Origin: Alkalilimnicola ehrlichii MLHE-1
Lineage (GTDB): Bacteria; Pseudomonadota; Gammaproteobacteria; Nitrococcales; Halorhodospiraceae
DNA: 32,000 bases
Reading direction: 5' to 3'
NCBI RefSeq assembly: GCF_000014785.1
Contig: NC_008340.1
Location: forward strand, 2,100,001 to 2,132,000
The position numbers and the translations under genes were made by a program. Of the stretch, positions 13,688 to 24,483 are shown piece after piece. Numbering within the stretch: the first letter of the stretch is position 1; each line of letters opens with the position of its first letter. The notes beneath the pieces are model-generated. The model saw only the letters and a program-made list of their open reading frames with translations. It did not search any database and was not told where the DNA came from.

Positions 13688-16018
13688 CTAAAACGAGGTG
13701 CCCAGGGAGAACTGGAAGCTTTCCGTGTCGTCGTCATTCGTGTCATTTAACGGTTCCGCTATGCTGAATGTCAATGCACCGATCGGTGACATCCAGGTGA
13801 GCCCCACCCCGGCAGAGGCACGCAGCTCATCCAGGTTGACGCTGTCAAGGTTGTCGGGAAAGACCTCTTCGCTGCCGGTGTAGAGGTCGCCGCGCGTCTG
13901 GTAGACCTGCCCCGCGTCCAGGAAGAGCGACATACGCACCGACTCGGCCTCGGTGAACGGCGGCGGGAAGAACAGCTCGGCGCTGCCGAGGATACGCACG
14001 TTACCCCCCTGGGGCCGGTCATTGCCGTTCTCCAGCGACCGCGGGCCCAGGAAGTTGGCGCGATAGCCGCGCACCGTCGAGACACCGCCACCGTAATAGT
14101 GCTCGAAGAAGGGCAGGCGGCTGGTATCACCATAGCCGTCGCCATAGCTGATCGAGCCGTCCACCGAGAAGGTGAGGTTCTCACTGACGGGCCAGAAGCG
14201 CCGGTGGCTGTAGCTGGTCTTGAAGAAGGTGAGATCCAGCCCCGGCACGCTGACCTCGCCGCTCAGACGCTGCCGGCCGCCGCGTCGCGGGAAGATGGCC
14301 CGGTCGCGGGTGTCGCGGGTCCAGGCCGCCTCCAGCTTGAGCATATCGAAGCGGTTGCCCTCGTCTTCGAGGAAGTCGGTGATCCGGGGCGGGGTGTTCT
14401 CCCGCTCTTCGATATCCATGTGCTCGTAGGCCAGATCCACCGAGATCCGGTCGTTGTTGGTAATCGGGATCCCCAGACCGCCGCCGGCACGGATGGAGGT
14501 CAAGCCGAAATCGGAGAGGTCCGCCCGCCGGGCGCGCGTCTCCCGGTAACTGCCGAAGAACCGCCGGGAGACCCCGTCCAGGGTGTAGTAGCGGTCGGTA
14601 TAGGAGGCCGAGTAGATGGTGTTCACCCGGCTGTTGTTGATCTCCAGGCTCATGCGGTCCCCAGTGCCCAGCACGTTGTCCTGGGCCACGCCGAGGTTGA
14701 GCAGCAGGCCCTGGCTCTCGCCATAACCGATACCGGCGGTCAGGCTGCCGGACATGCGCTCCACCACGTCGACGTCCACATCCACCTCGTCGTCGCTGCC
14801 GGGCACCTGCGGGGTCTCGATATTGACCCGGTCGAAAAAGCCCGTGCGGTCCAACTGGGTCTGCGACTCGCGCAGGGCCGCGGTGTTGAGCGCCGCCCCT
14901 TCCAACTGGCGCAGCTCACGGCGGACGACCTCGTCCTGGGTCCGCTCATTGCCGGAGATATTGATGCGGCGGACATAGACCCGCCGCCCCGGGTCGACCA
15001 CATAGGTCAGGTCCACCACCCCACGGTCCTCGTCGACCTGGGGCCGAATCCCGACGTTGGAGAAGGCATACCCCTCCTCACCCAGGCGGTTCTGCATGGC
15101 CCGGCTCGCGGCCTGCGCCCGGGAGCGTGAATAGACGTCACCGAACTCCAGTTCAAAGAAGCCCTCCAGCTCCTCGCGCTCGACGATGAGATCGCCGACC
15201 ACGTTCATCTCGCCCACGGTGAATTGCTGGCCCTCGGAGAGGTTCACGGTGATGTGGACATCCTCGCGATCCGGGCTGATGGAGACCTGGGTGGAGGTGA
15301 CCGCAAAGTTGATGTAGCCCTGGTCCATGTAGAAGCTACGCAGGTCTTCCAGGTCGTTCCCAAGCCGGTCGCGGGCGTAGCGGTGGCGATCGGAGAAGAA
15401 GTGCCACCAGCGGCGGGGGCGCAGTTCCATCTGCCGGCGCAGCTGGCGCTCGCTGAAGGTCTCATTGCCGACGAAGTGGATCTCACGGATCGCCGCCACC
15501 GGCCCCTCGTCGATATCCAGGCGCACCGCCACCCGGTTGCGCTCCAACGGCGAGATGGTGCTCTCGACGGAGACATCGTACTTACCGCGGCTGAAGTAGA
15601 GCTGGCGCAGTTCCCGTTCGATGTCGGCCAGGCGGAACCGGTCAAAGACCTGGCCCTCCGCCAGCCCGGCGGCCGCCAGCGCATCGAGGATGTCGTCACT
15701 GCGGATCTCGTCGTTGCCGCGAATCTCGATCCGGGCCACCGAAGGCCGCTCCATGACCGAGACCACCAGCACGCCATTGTCACGGCTCAGTTCGATGTCG
15801 CGGAAAAAGCCCGTCTCGTACAGCGCCCGGATAGACTCGGCGGCCCGTTCACTGTCGATGGTCTCCCCCACCTCCAGCGGCAGGTAGTTGAAAACCGTGC
15901 CCTCTGCGATGCGCTGCAGGCCATCCACTCGAATCCCCTCCACCTGGAAGGGGTCAAAGGCCTGGGCCGAAGGGGCGGCCAGGGCCAGCAACAATGCGGG
16001 TAGCAGTGGTCGTCGCAT
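13688..16018 (-). CDS. bamA: Outer membrane protein assembly factor BamA
   Basis: MRRPLLPALLLALAAPSAQAFDPFQVEGIRVDGLQR (signal peptide), POTRA repeats, VRGYRANFLGPR, terminal Phe (FSLGTSF); the ORF track extends to 16087 but the signal peptide supports 16018. Confidence 0.96.
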   Translation of the reverse strand: MRRPLLPALLLALAAPSAQAFDPFQVEGIRVDGLQRIAEGTVFNYLPLEVGETIDSERAAESIRALYETGFFRDIELSRDNGVLVVSVMERPSVARIEIRGNDEIRSDDILDALAAAGLAEGQVFDRFRLADIERELRQLYFSRGKYDVSVESTISPLERNRVAVRLDIDEGPVAAIREIHFVGNETFSERQLRRQMELRPRRWWHFFSDRHRYARDRLGNDLEDLRSFYMDQGYINFAVTSTQVSISPDREDVHITVNLSEGQQFTVGEMNVVGDLIVEREELEGFFELEFGDVYSRSRAQAASRAMQNRLGEEGYAFSNVGIRPQVDEDRGVVDLTYVVDPGRRVYVRRINISGNERTQDEVVRRELRQLEGAALNTAALRESQTQLDRTGFFDRVNIETPQVPGSDDEVDVDVDVVERMSGSLTAGIGYGESQGLLLNLGVAQDNVLGTGDRMSLEINNSRVNTIYSASYTDRYYTLDGVSRRFFGSYRETRARRADLSDFGLTSIRAGGGLGIPITNNDRISVDLAYEHMDIEERENTPPRITDFLEDEGNRFDMLKLEAAWTRDTRDRAIFPRRGGRQRLSGEVSVPGLDLTFFKTSYSHRRFWPVSENLTFSVDGSISYGDGYGDTSRLPFFEHYYGGGVSTVRGYRANFLGPRSLENGNDRPQGGNVRILGSAELFFPPPFTEAESVRMSLFLDAGQVYQTRGDLYTGSEEVFPDNLDSVNLDELRASAGVGLTWMSPIGALTFSIAEPLNDTNDDDTESFQFSLGTSF

Positions 16019-16111
16019 CGACTCTCGTCCAATCTGAACCGGCGGGACAGGGTCCGCGCCGGTGCGGAAAATGTGGGCGATAGGCACCGGGGCCCCCCCG
16101 GCAGTCCCCGT

Positions 16112-17476
16112 TTAGCCGCCGAACAGGCGCGCCAGGTCGTTGTAGAACGCCAGTCCCATGAGCAGGAACAGCATCAGCAGCCCCACCTGCTGGCCCACCG
16201 CCTGGGCGTACTCCGACAGCGGCTTGCCGCGTACGGCCTCGACCGCGAAATAGAGCAAGTGCCCGCCGTCCAGGATGGGGATCGGCAACAGGTTGATGAT
16301 CCCCAGACTGATACTGACGATGGCGAGGAAGCCCAGGAAGGGTACCACGCCCAGCGAGGCGGTATCGCCCGCAAACTGCCCGATGGTGAGCGGGCCGCTA
16401 AGATTCTGCAGCGAGGCCTGGCCGATCACCATACGGCCGAGGATCTTCACCGTCAGCACGCTGGCATCCCAGGTGGAGGACAGGCCATGGCCCAGCGCCC
16501 CGACCGGTCCGTATTGGACCTCGCGGTAGAGCCGGTCATAGGCCCCCTCCGGCACCTCGGGGGCCACCCCAAGCTGACCGATGGTGCGCCCGGCCGCCTC
16601 CACGCTGTCCAGCCGCGTATCGATGGTCTCCTGACGGCCGTCGCGCTCGATCGTGAGGGTCAGAACCTCGCCCGGATGGTGCTCGATCCACTCGACCAGC
16701 TCACGCCATTCCGCCACCGGCTCGCCCTCCACCGAGACGATGCGGTCGCCGGCCATGAGCCCGGCCCGGGCCGCGGGCCCGTCATCCACCACACGGCCGA
16801 GCACCGGGTCCAAGGCCGGGGTCCAGGGACGGAAACCGGCCTGCGCCAGCAGATTGTCCGCCCGCCCGATCTCACCGGCCAGGGTCATGTCCAGCACCAG
16901 ACTGCGGGCACGGCCGTCCTCGCCCCGGACCTCCACCGGGATGTCGGCGCGGTGAAAGCCGGCATCCACCAGCGCCATGGCGGTGCGCTGCCAGGTGGGG
17001 GTCTCGCGGCCGCCGATGGCGAGCAGCTCATCGCCCTCCTGAAAACCGGCCTCAGCCGCCGGCGTGTTCTCCGCCACCGGCCCCAGGACCGGGCGCATCT
17101 CGACAGTGCCGAGCAGGCCGATGGCCATGTAAGCGAGCACTGCGAACAGGAAATTGAACAAGGGTCCGGCGAGCACCACGGCGGTGCGCTTGTACAGCGG
17201 CTGGACGTTGAAGGCGCGGTGGCGTTCGGCCTCGGGCACCTCGGCCTCGCGTTCGTCCAGCATCTTCACGTAGCCGCCGAGCGGGATCGCGGCAATGACG
17301 TATTCGGTGCGATCCGCCCCACGGCGCCAGCGCAACAGCGGCCGGCCGAAGCCCACCGAGAAGCGCAGCACCTTGATGCCGGCCCGCCGGGCCACCCAGA
17401 AATGGCCGAACTCGTGCACCGTGACCAGGATGCCAATGGCCACGACGAACGCCAGTATGCTCCAGAGGATGCCCAT
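16112..17476 (-). CDS. rseP: RIP metalloprotease RseP
   Basis: 454 aa, HEFGHFWVARRAGIKVLRFSVGFGRPL zinc-protease motif, PDZ regions, NLLPIPILDGGHLLYFAVEAVRG. Confidence 0.97.
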   Translation of the reverse strand: MGILWSILAFVVAIGILVTVHEFGHFWVARRAGIKVLRFSVGFGRPLLRWRRGADRTEYVIAAIPLGGYVKMLDEREAEVPEAERHRAFNVQPLYKRTAVVLAGPLFNFLFAVLAYMAIGLLGTVEMRPVLGPVAENTPAAEAGFQEGDELLAIGGRETPTWQRTAMALVDAGFHRADIPVEVRGEDGRARSLVLDMTLAGEIGRADNLLAQAGFRPWTPALDPVLGRVVDDGPAARAGLMAGDRIVSVEGEPVAEWRELVEWIEHHPGEVLTLTIERDGRQETIDTRLDSVEAAGRTIGQLGVAPEVPEGAYDRLYREVQYGPVGALGHGLSSTWDASVLTVKILGRMVIGQASLQNLSGPLTIGQFAGDTASLGVVPFLGFLAIVSISLGIINLLPIPILDGGHLLYFAVEAVRGKPLSEYAQAVGQQVGLLMLFLLMGLAFYNDLARLFGG

Positions 17477-17482
17477 CGTCTG

Positions 17483-18688
17483 TTATCCCGCCTCTCGCCG
17501 CACGACCTGCAGGGCCACCGACCGCGCCTCGTTGTCCACCCCGCGGATGGCCTCCAGGTCGGCCGCCGCCGGCCCGCCACTCATCCGCTCCAGTACTTCC
17601 GCCACCACGACGGCGATCCGGGTATAACCGATCTCCCCGTGCAGGAAGGCCTCCACCGCCACCTCATTGGCGGCGTTGAGCACCGCACAGGCGTGCCCCC
17701 CGGCCTCCAGCGCATCGTAGGCCAACTGCAGGCAGGGGAAACGGCGCGGGTCAGGCGCCTCGAAGTCCAGGCGCGCCAATGCGGCCAGGTCCAACGACTC
17801 CGCACCCGATACCAATCGCTCGGGCCAGCCCAGGGCATGGGCAATCGGTATCCGCATATCCGGCTGGCCCAGCTGGGCCAGCAGCGAGCCATCCCGATAC
17901 TCCACCAGGGAGTGCACGATGCTCTGTGGATGAATGACCACATCCACACGCCCGGGTTCCGCCGAGAACAACCGGCAGGCCTCAATCAGCTCCAGGCCCT
18001 TGTTCATCATGGTCGCCGAGTCCACCGAGATTTTGCGCCCCATGGACCAATTGGGATGGGCGCAGGCCTCGTCCGGGGTCACCTGGGCGAGGGTCTCCGG
18101 TGCCCGGGCCCGGAACGGTCCGCCGGAGGCGGTGAGGATCAGCCGGCGGATCCCCAGGCTGTCGAGATCGCGGGCCGGATAGGCCTCGGGCAGGCACTGG
18201 AAGATGGCGTTGTGCTCACTGTCCACCGGCAGCACCACGGCCCCATGGGCGCGGGCCTCGGCCATGAACAGCTCGCCGGCCATAACCAGCACCTCCTTGT
18301 TGGCGAGCAGGATCCGGCGGCCGTCCCGGGCGGCGGCCAGGGTGGGCATCAACCCGGCGGCCCCGACAATGGCGGCGACCACGCAGTCCACGCCAGGCCA
18401 GGTCGCCGCCTCGATCAACCCGGCCTCGCCCCCGGCCACCCGCACACCGGGGAGGTCGTCACCGAGCTGGCGGCGCAGCGCCACGGCCGCGTCCGGGTCG
18501 GCCATCACCGCCAGCTCCGGCCGAAACCGGCGACAAAGGCCCGCCATGCCTGCCACGTCCCGATGAGCGGCCAGCGCCCGGACCCGGAATCGGTCCGGGT
18601 GGCGCGCCACCACGTCGAGCGTGCTGGTGCCAATGGAGCCGGTGGCTCCCAGGATGCTCAATCCGGTTACAGCGTCGTGTGCCACCAT
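17483..18688 (-). CDS. dxr: 1-deoxy-D-xylulose 5-phosphate reductoisomerase
   Basis: 401 aa, [25 protein letters not shown]...[13 protein letters not shown]...[13 protein letters not shown]...[25 protein letters not shown]. Confidence 0.98.
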   Translation of the reverse strand: MVAHDAVTGLSILGATGSIGTSTLDVVARHPDRFRVRALAAHRDVAGMAGLCRRFRPELAVMADPDAAVALRRQLGDDLPGVRVAGGEAGLIEAATWPGVDCVVAAIVGAAGLMPTLAAARDGRRILLANKEVLVMAGELFMAEARAHGAVVLPVDSEHNAIFQCLPEAYPARDLDSLGIRRLILTASGGPFRARAPETLAQVTPDEACAHPNWSMGRKISVDSATMMNKGLELIEACRLFSAEPGRVDVVIHPQSIVHSLVEYRDGSLLAQLGQPDMRIPIAHALGWPERLVSGAESLDLAALARLDFEAPDPRRFPCLQLAYDALEAGGHACAVLNAANEVAVEAFLHGEIGYTRIAVVVAEVLERMSGGPAAADLEAIRGVDNEARSVALQVVRREAG

Positions 18689-19497
18689 GTCAGTCCCAGT
18701 GCCAGTAGCGGCGCGGCGGCCGTCAGGCTGTCGATCCGGTCCAGGATGCCCCCATGACCGGGCAGCAGGGTACCGCTGTCCTTGACCCCGCGCTGGCGTT
18801 TCAACAGGCTCTCGAAGAGATCCCCGACCACCGACAGGGCCACGGTCACCAGGATCAGGAGCACGAGCAGGCCCGCCCCCGGCCCCGGTACGGCAAACAC
18901 CATCGATAGCACTAGACCGGCGACCACCGCTGCCAGCAATCCCCCGGCCACCCCTTCCCAGGTCTTGCCCGGGCTGACCCGGGGCGCCAGCTTATGCCGG
19001 CCCAGGCTGCGACCCGCGAAGTAGGCGCCGGTGTCGGCGCCCCAGACCAGCACGAAGAGGAAGGTGACCCAGAAGCCGCCATGCCCGCTGCCGCCCTGCA
19101 ACCACAACAACCCCATCCAGGCAGGCCAGAGCACGCACCAGCCCACCAGGACCAACACCGCATCCGAAGGGCCACCGCGGGCCCCGCCGGTACCGGCGTA
19201 GCGCAGCAGCCAGACCAGTGCCACCGCCCACCAGGCGGCGGCAAAGACAAAGATCGGAAGCATCGCGCCATCGGCCTGAAACCACCACCAGCCGGGAATC
19301 AATGTGGCGGTCAGCCCGACCAGCCAGAGCGCCCGGCGGCGGCTGTCGTTGGCGCGGAGAAAGCCCCCCCACTCCCAGGCGGCCAGCAGCAAGACCACGG
19401 TGTAGAGCAGCATCACCGCCGGCAACGGCCAGGTCCACACCGCCCAGAGCACCAGCGGAATCAGGACGGCCGCGGTGAGCAGTCGCTGCTTAAGCAC
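18667..19497 (-). CDS. cdsA: Phosphatidate cytidylyltransferase
   Basis: GTG start at 19497 giving (M)[23 protein letters not shown]; C-terminal [23 protein letters not shown] signature; the ORF-track start at 19677 lies inside uppS. Confidence 0.93.
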   Translation of the reverse strand: MLKQRLLTAAVLIPLVLWAVWTWPLPAVMLLYTVVLLLAAWEWGGFLRANDSRRRALWLVGLTATLIPGWWWFQADGAMLPIFVFAAAWWAVALVWLLRYAGTGGARGGPSDAVLVLVGWCVLWPAWMGLLWLQGGSGHGGFWVTFLFVLVWGADTGAYFAGRSLGRHKLAPRVSPGKTWEGVAGGLLAAVVAGLVLSMVFAVPGPGAGLLVLLILVTVALSVVGDLFESLLKRQRGVKDSGTLLPGHGGILDRIDSLTAAAPLLALGLTWWHTTL

Positions 19498-20263
19498 GTC
19501 CCGACTCCGTCTGCAACTGATCGGAGGTGCGCCCGAAGCGGCGCTCCCGGCCGGCGAAGTCCGCCAGGGCCTCGTCCAGGTGGTCGGTGGTGAAGGCTGG
19601 CCAGAGCACCGGCGTGAAGTAGAGCTCGGTGTAGGCCAACTGCCAGAGCATGAAGTTGCTGATCCGGCGCTCGCCACCGGTGCGGATGAACAAGTCCGGC
19701 TCCGGCAGCTCAGCCAGGCAGACCTCCTTACCCAGGGTCTCGGTGGTTATCTCGTCGGGCTGCAGGTGACCCGCCTGCACCGCCTCTGCCAGACGCCGGG
19801 CGGCATTGGCGATGTCCCAGCGCCCGCCGTAGCTTGCCGCCACGTTGAGTTGGAGACCGGTGTTGTCGCGGGTCAGCGCCTCGGCATCCGCCAGGCGCTG
19901 CTGCAGGCGGCGGGGAAAGTCCTCCCGGGCCCCCATGAAGCGCAGGCGGACATCATTGCGGTGCAGCCGGGCCGACTCCTTGTCGAGCGTACTCAGGAAG
20001 AGCTCCATCAGGACGCTCACCTCCTTGCGGGGCCGCCGCCAGTTCTCACTGCTGAATGCGAACAGGGTCAGGGCGTGGATCCCGAGACGGCCGCAATGCT
20101 CCACCACCCGGCGCACCGTGGCGGCACCGGCCCGGTGGCCGGCATGGCGCGGCAGCCCACGCGCCCGGGCCCAGCGGCCGTTGCCGTCCATGATGATGGC
20201 CACATGTTCAGGCAGGGGCCCGTCGGCTGAAACCTGCGCATCGTTTGCGGTTTTTCTGCCCAT
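19490..20263 (-). CDS. uppS: Polyprenyl (undecaprenyl) diphosphate synthase
   Basis: LPEHVAIIMDGNGRWARARGLPRHAGHRAGA...FSSENWRRP...PDLFIRTGGERRISNFMLWQLAYTELYF; start placed at MGRKTANDA (20263), MTASC (20290) also possible. Confidence 0.95.
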   Translation of the reverse strand: MGRKTANDAQVSADGPLPEHVAIIMDGNGRWARARGLPRHAGHRAGAATVRRVVEHCGRLGIHALTLFAFSSENWRRPRKEVSVLMELFLSTLDKESARLHRNDVRLRFMGAREDFPRRLQQRLADAEALTRDNTGLQLNVAASYGGRWDIANAARRLAEAVQAGHLQPDEITTETLGKEVCLAELPEPDLFIRTGGERRISNFMLWQLAYTELYFTPVLWPAFTTDHLDEALADFAGRERRFGRTSDQLQTESGRA

Positions 20264-20315
20264 CGACTTCCCGGTACAGGAGGCGGTCATCCCAGCCCCC
20301 GAATAAACGGCAAGA

Positions 20316-20342
20316 CCCCGGCGGTGAGCGGCACCGGCGGGG
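20316..20342 (-). terminator. GC hairpin between frr and uppS, possible attenuator/weak terminator
   Basis: Reverse strand CCCCGCCGGTG-CCGCT-CACCGCCGGGG (10 of 11 bp paired), followed by TCTTGCCGTTTATT; no clean T-tract. Confidence 0.3.
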
Positions 20343-20402
20343 CCTGCCCGGACCCATTGGACGGGGAACGCCGCCCCGCCGTCGCGAACGCTACCGCCCG
20401 CG

Positions 20403-20960
20403 TCAGATCTCCATGAGTTCCTTCTCCTTCTCCTGAAGGATGCGGTCCACTTCACCGGTGTACTTGTCGGTGAGCTTCTGGATGGCATCCTCGCCGCCGC
20501 GCTCCTCGTCCTCGGAGATCTCCTTCTCCTTGAGCAGTTCCTTGAGATCGGAGTTGGCGTCACGGCGGATATTGCGGATGGCCACCCGGGCCTGCTCCGC
20601 CTCACTGCGCACCACCTTGACCAGCTCCTTGCGCCGGTCCTCGGTGAGCGGTGGCATCGGGATGCGGATCACCGTACCGGCGGTCGTCGGCGTGAGCCCC
20701 AGATCGGAGCTCTGGATCGCCTTCTCCACCTCCGGGACCATGCTCTTCTCAAATGGGATCACCGACAGGGTGCGGGCGTCCTCCACCTTGACCGATGCGG
20801 CCTGATTGAGCGGCACCTCGGTACCGTAGTAGGTCACGCTGATGTGATCCAGCAGGTTGGTATGAGCACGGCCGGTGCGGATCTTGCGAAGCTCCGCGCG
20901 GAAGGCCTCGATGCTCTTCTTCATCCGCGTCTCGGCGTCCTTACGAATCTCGTCAATCAC
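20403..20960 (-). CDS. frr: Ribosome recycling factor
   Basis: 185 aa, [46 protein letters not shown]. Confidence 0.98.
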
Positions 20961-21685
20961 AGCTCGTCTCCCCTCTCGACGATGGTGCCCGTGCGCTGGC
21001 CGGTGATCACGTCCACCAGCGCGCCCGGCGAGGTAATGTCAAACACCATGATGCGCATGTTCTGATCCCGGCAGAGCACCACGGCGGTGGCGTCCATGAC
21101 CATCAGCCGGTCTTCCAGGACCTGATCGTAGGTCAGCAGTTCGTATCGACGGGCATCCGGGTCCCGGGTCGGGTCGGCGCTGTAGACACCGTCCACCTTG
21201 GTGCCCTTGAGCATGATGTCAGCACCGACCTCGATGGCGCGGAGACTGGCGGCCGAGTCGGTGGTGAAGAAGGGGTTACCGGTGCCGGCGGCAAAGACCA
21301 CCACCCGCCCCTTTTCCAGGTGGCGGATGGCACGTCGGCGGATGTAATCCTCGCAGACCTGGTTGATCTTGACCGCGGACATCACCCGACAATAGACGCC
21401 TTCGTGCTCCAGGGCATCCTGCAGGGCCAGCCCGTTCATCACGGTGGCCAGCATGCCCATATGGTCGGCGGTGACCCGATCCATGCCGGCAGCGGCCAGG
21501 CCGGCACCGCGAAAGATGTTGCCGCCACCGATCACCAGGGCGATCTCCACCCCCATGCGGCTGACCTCGGCCACCTCGTGGGCGATACGCCGGATCACAT
21601 CCGGGCTGATACCGTAAGCGGCGTCGCCCATGAGGGCCTCGCCGCTGAGCTTGAGGAGTATGCGTTTGTACTGGGGCTGGCTCAT
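20957..21685 (-). CDS. pyrH: UMP kinase
   Basis: 242 aa, [21 protein letters not shown]...[10 protein letters not shown]...[22 protein letters not shown]. Confidence 0.98.
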
Positions 21686-21718
21686 CGTGGTATCCCTATC
21701 GTCCGGCTGGAGTATACC

Positions 21719-21742
21719 GGACGCCCCGTCCCCGGGGCGTCC
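21719..21742 (-). other. Perfect 9-bp hairpin in the tsf-pyrH intergenic region
   Basis: GGACGCCCC-(6 nt)-GGGGCGTCC perfect inverted repeat; on the reverse strand followed closely by a -10-like TATACT (21713-21718). Confidence 0.6.
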
Positions 21743-21760
21743 CTCTTCAGGCCTGGACGA

Positions 21761-22639
21761 TCAGGAGCCGCGCGCCTGTGCCATCACCTCTTCGGCAAAG
21801 TTCTCTTCCTTCTTCTCCTTGCCCTCGCCCACCTCGTAGCGGACGAAACGAGCCACCTTGGCACCGGCGCCCTTGAGCAGCTCGCCGACGGTCTGATCCG
21901 GGTCCTTGACGAAGGGCTGGCCGACCAGGGTCTGCTCATTGATGAACTTCTTCAACCGGCCCTGGACCATCTTCTCGATGATCTCCTCCGGCTTGCCGGA
22001 CTCGCGGGCCTGCTCGACCAGGATCGCCTTCTCCTTCTCGATGACCTCGGCCGGCATGTCGTCCTCGGAGACACACTCGGGCTTACTGGCGGCCACATGC
22101 ATGGCCACGTCCCGGGCCAGCTGCTCGTCGCCGCCCTCCAGCTCCACCATGACGCCGATGCGGCTGCCATGCAGATACTGGGCGACGGTGTTGCCGCTGC
22201 TGCCGTAGCGCACGAACCGGCGCACCTGGATGTTCTCGCCGATCTTGGCCACCAGCTCCTTGGTGGCGGTGGCCAGGTCCTGCCCGTTCAGCTCGCAGGC
22301 CATCAGGGCCTCGAGATCCTCGGGCTTCTCCTCCAGGGCCAGCCGCGCCACGCCGTCGGCGAAGGCCAGGAAGTCGTCGCTCTTGGCCACGAAATCGGTC
22401 TCGCTGTTGATCTCCACCAGCACACCGCTGTGGCCGTCCTCGCTGCGCTTGGCGGCGATGATGCCCTCGGCGGCGATGCGGCCGGACTTCTTGTCGGCCT
22501 TGGCCAGGCCCTTCTTGCGCATGAGCTCGACGGCGGCATCCAGATCGCCGTCGGTCTCCACCAGCGCCTTCTTGCACTCCATCATGCCGGAGCCGGTGCG
22601 CTCGCGCAGTTGCTTTACCAGAGATGCGGAAATCGCCAT
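21761..22639 (-). CDS. tsf: Translation elongation factor Ts
   Basis: 292 aa, [43 protein letters not shown]. Confidence 0.98.
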   Translation of the reverse strand: MAISASLVKQLRERTGSGMMECKKALVETDGDLDAAVELMRKKGLAKADKKSGRIAAEGIIAAKRSEDGHSGVLVEINSETDFVAKSDDFLAFADGVARLALEEKPEDLEALMACELNGQDLATATKELVAKIGENIQVRRFVRYGSSGNTVAQYLHGSRIGVMVELEGGDEQLARDVAMHVAASKPECVSEDDMPAEVIEKEKAILVEQARESGKPEEIIEKMVQGRLKKFINEQTLVGQPFVKDPDQTVGELLKGAGAKVARFVRYEVGEGKEKKEENFAEEVMAQARGS

Positions 22640-22724
22640 GGTTCCTTAACCCCTCAATGTCAGGTGTCGATACGGCGGACCGACGCCCGCCGCATGCTGT
22701 TGTGCAGTACCGTGGCCGCCGGGC

Positions 22725-23471
22725 TCAGCCCTGCTGCTCGGTGGCCTCGTCCACCTCGACGAAGTCGTCATCGCCGCCGGGACGCGCAGTGGCCGTCTTT
22801 GCCTCGAGCACGGCATCGGCCGCGCCGCTCAGATAGAGCTGGATGGCACGGATGGCGTCGTCGTTGCCCGGAATGACGTAGTCGACTTCGCGCGGGGAGT
22901 TGTTGGTATCAACCACGGCCACCACCGGGATACCCAGCTTGCGGGCCTCCTGTACGGCGATGTGCTCGAAGCCCACGTCGATGACGAACATCGCGTCCGG
23001 CAGACCGTTCATGTCCTTGATGCCGGAGAGGGTGCGATTGAGCTTCTCCATCTCGCGGCTCAGCGACAGCGCCTCGCGCTTGGTCAGCTTATCGAAGGTG
23101 CCGTCCTCGGCCTGGGCCTCCAGGTCTTTCAGGCGGCGGATGGAGCCCTTGACGGTGCGGAAGTTGGTGAGCATGCCGCCGAGCCAGCGGTGATCGACAT
23201 AGGGCATGCCGCAGCGGGAGGCCTCCTCGCGCACGGCCTTGCGGGCGGAGCGCTTGGTACCGACGAACAGCACCTTGCCACCCTCGGCGGCCAGACGGCC
23301 GACGTAGTTCATGGCCTCCTGGTACAGGGGCAGGGTCTTTTCCAGGTTGATGATGTGGATCTTGTTACGCTGGCCGAAGATGTAGGGGGCCATCTTCGGG
23401 TTCCAGTAACGGGTCTGGTGGCCGAAATGAACGCCGGCCTCCAGCATGTCACGCATGCTGACATTCGCCAT
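22725..23471 (-). CDS. rpsB: 30S ribosomal protein S2
   Basis: 248 aa, [46 protein letters not shown]. Confidence 0.98.
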   Translation of the reverse strand: MANVSMRDMLEAGVHFGHQTRYWNPKMAPYIFGQRNKIHIINLEKTLPLYQEAMNYVGRLAAEGGKVLFVGTKRSARKAVREEASRCGMPYVDHRWLGGMLTNFRTVKGSIRRLKDLEAQAEDGTFDKLTKREALSLSREMEKLNRTLSGIKDMNGLPDAMFVIDVGFEHIAVQEARKLGIPVVAVVDTNNSPREVDYVIPGNDDAIRAIQLYLSGAADAVLEAKTATARPGGDDDFVEVDEATEQQG

Positions 23472-23506
23472 GAGTATAAACTCCTGATTTTACGGGTTAC
23501 GCCTCC

Positions 23507-23573
23507 ATACACCCTCTCGCGACGACCCCCGGCGGCAAGCCGCTGGGGCACCCGGCCGCGAGTGCCGGTGTAT
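23507..23573 (-). promoter_or_regulatory. Putative rpsB 5' leader structure (S2 autoregulation)
   Basis: Reverse strand ATACACC...GGGTGTAT outer stem and CTCGCG...CGCGAG inner stem enclosing a GC-rich loop, about 35 nt upstream of the rpsB ATG; followed by GGAGGCGTAACCCGTAAAATCAGGAG. Confidence 0.5.
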
Positions 23574-23712
23574 GTGTGGATTTGCCGCGCCGACAATAGC
23601 GGGCGGCGGGTATTTGCCTGAACGGCCGGCGCTTTATACCATAATCGGCTGACCGCCACAATTTCGCCCACCAGCCGGAGGCGCCCGCCGCGCCGTGATA
23701 CCATCCCCAGCC

Positions 23713-24480
23713 ATGAGCGTAGTCATCAAAACCCCAGAAGAAATCGAACGCATGCGCGAAGCCGGCCGGCTGGCCGCGAGCGTGCTGGACATGATCGGTG
23801 AGCACATCCGCCCCGGGGTCACCACCGAACACCTGGACGCCCTGTGTCACGATTACATGGTGAACGAACTGGAGGTGGTGCCGGCCCCGCTGAACTATCG
23901 CGGCTTCCCCAAGGCCACCTGCACCTCCGTCAACCACGTGGTCTGCCACGGCATCCCCGGCCCCAAGAAGCTGCGCAAAGGCGATATCCTGAACATCGAC
24001 ATCACCGTCATCAAGGACGGCTGGCACGGCGATACCAGCCGGATGTTCTTCGTCGGTGAGCCCAGCATCAAGGCACGACGGCTGGTCGAGGTCACCAAGG
24101 AGTGTCTCTGGAAGGGCATCGAGCAGGTCCGCCCCGGGGCCACCCTGGGGGACATCGGCCACGCCATCCAGACCTGGGCCGAGCGCCACAATTACTCGAT
24201 CGTGCGCGAGTACTGCGGCCACGGCATCGGCCAGCAGTTCCACGAGGACCCGCAGGTGCTGCACTACGGCGAGCCGGGCCAGGGGCTGCGCCTGGAGGAG
24301 GGCATGACCTTCACCATCGAACCCATGGTCAACGCCGGCAAGCCCGGCACCAAGCTGCTGCGCGACAACTGGACGGCGGTGACCCGTGACCGCAGCCTGT
24401 CAGCGCAGTGGGAGCACACCCTGGCGGTGACCGCTGACGGCTACGATGTGCTGACGGTCACCGACCGTTACCCCGGCTGA
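23713..24480 (+). CDS. map: Methionine aminopeptidase, type I
   Basis: MSVVIKTPEEIERMREAGRLAASVLDMIGEHIRPGVTTEHLD...NHVVCHGIPG...YCGHGIGQQFHEDPQVLHYG. Confidence 0.97.
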   Translation: MSVVIKTPEEIERMREAGRLAASVLDMIGEHIRPGVTTEHLDALCHDYMVNELEVVPAPLNYRGFPKATCTSVNHVVCHGIPGPKKLRKGDILNIDITVIKDGWHGDTSRMFFVGEPSIKARRLVEVTKECLWKGIEQVRPGATLGDIGHAIQTWAERHNYSIVREYCGHGIGQQFHEDPQVLHYGEPGQGLRLEEGMTFTIEPMVNAGKPGTKLLRDNWTAVTRDRSLSAQWEHTLAVTADGYDVLTVTDRYPG

Positions 24481-24483
24481 ACG

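Noticed and set aside
18667-19677. Extended N-terminus of the cdsA ORF in the supplied track
   Set aside because: The first 60 codons overlap uppS out of frame and lack membrane-protein character. The GTG start at 19497 gives a typical CdsA N-terminus and an 8-nt overlap with uppS.
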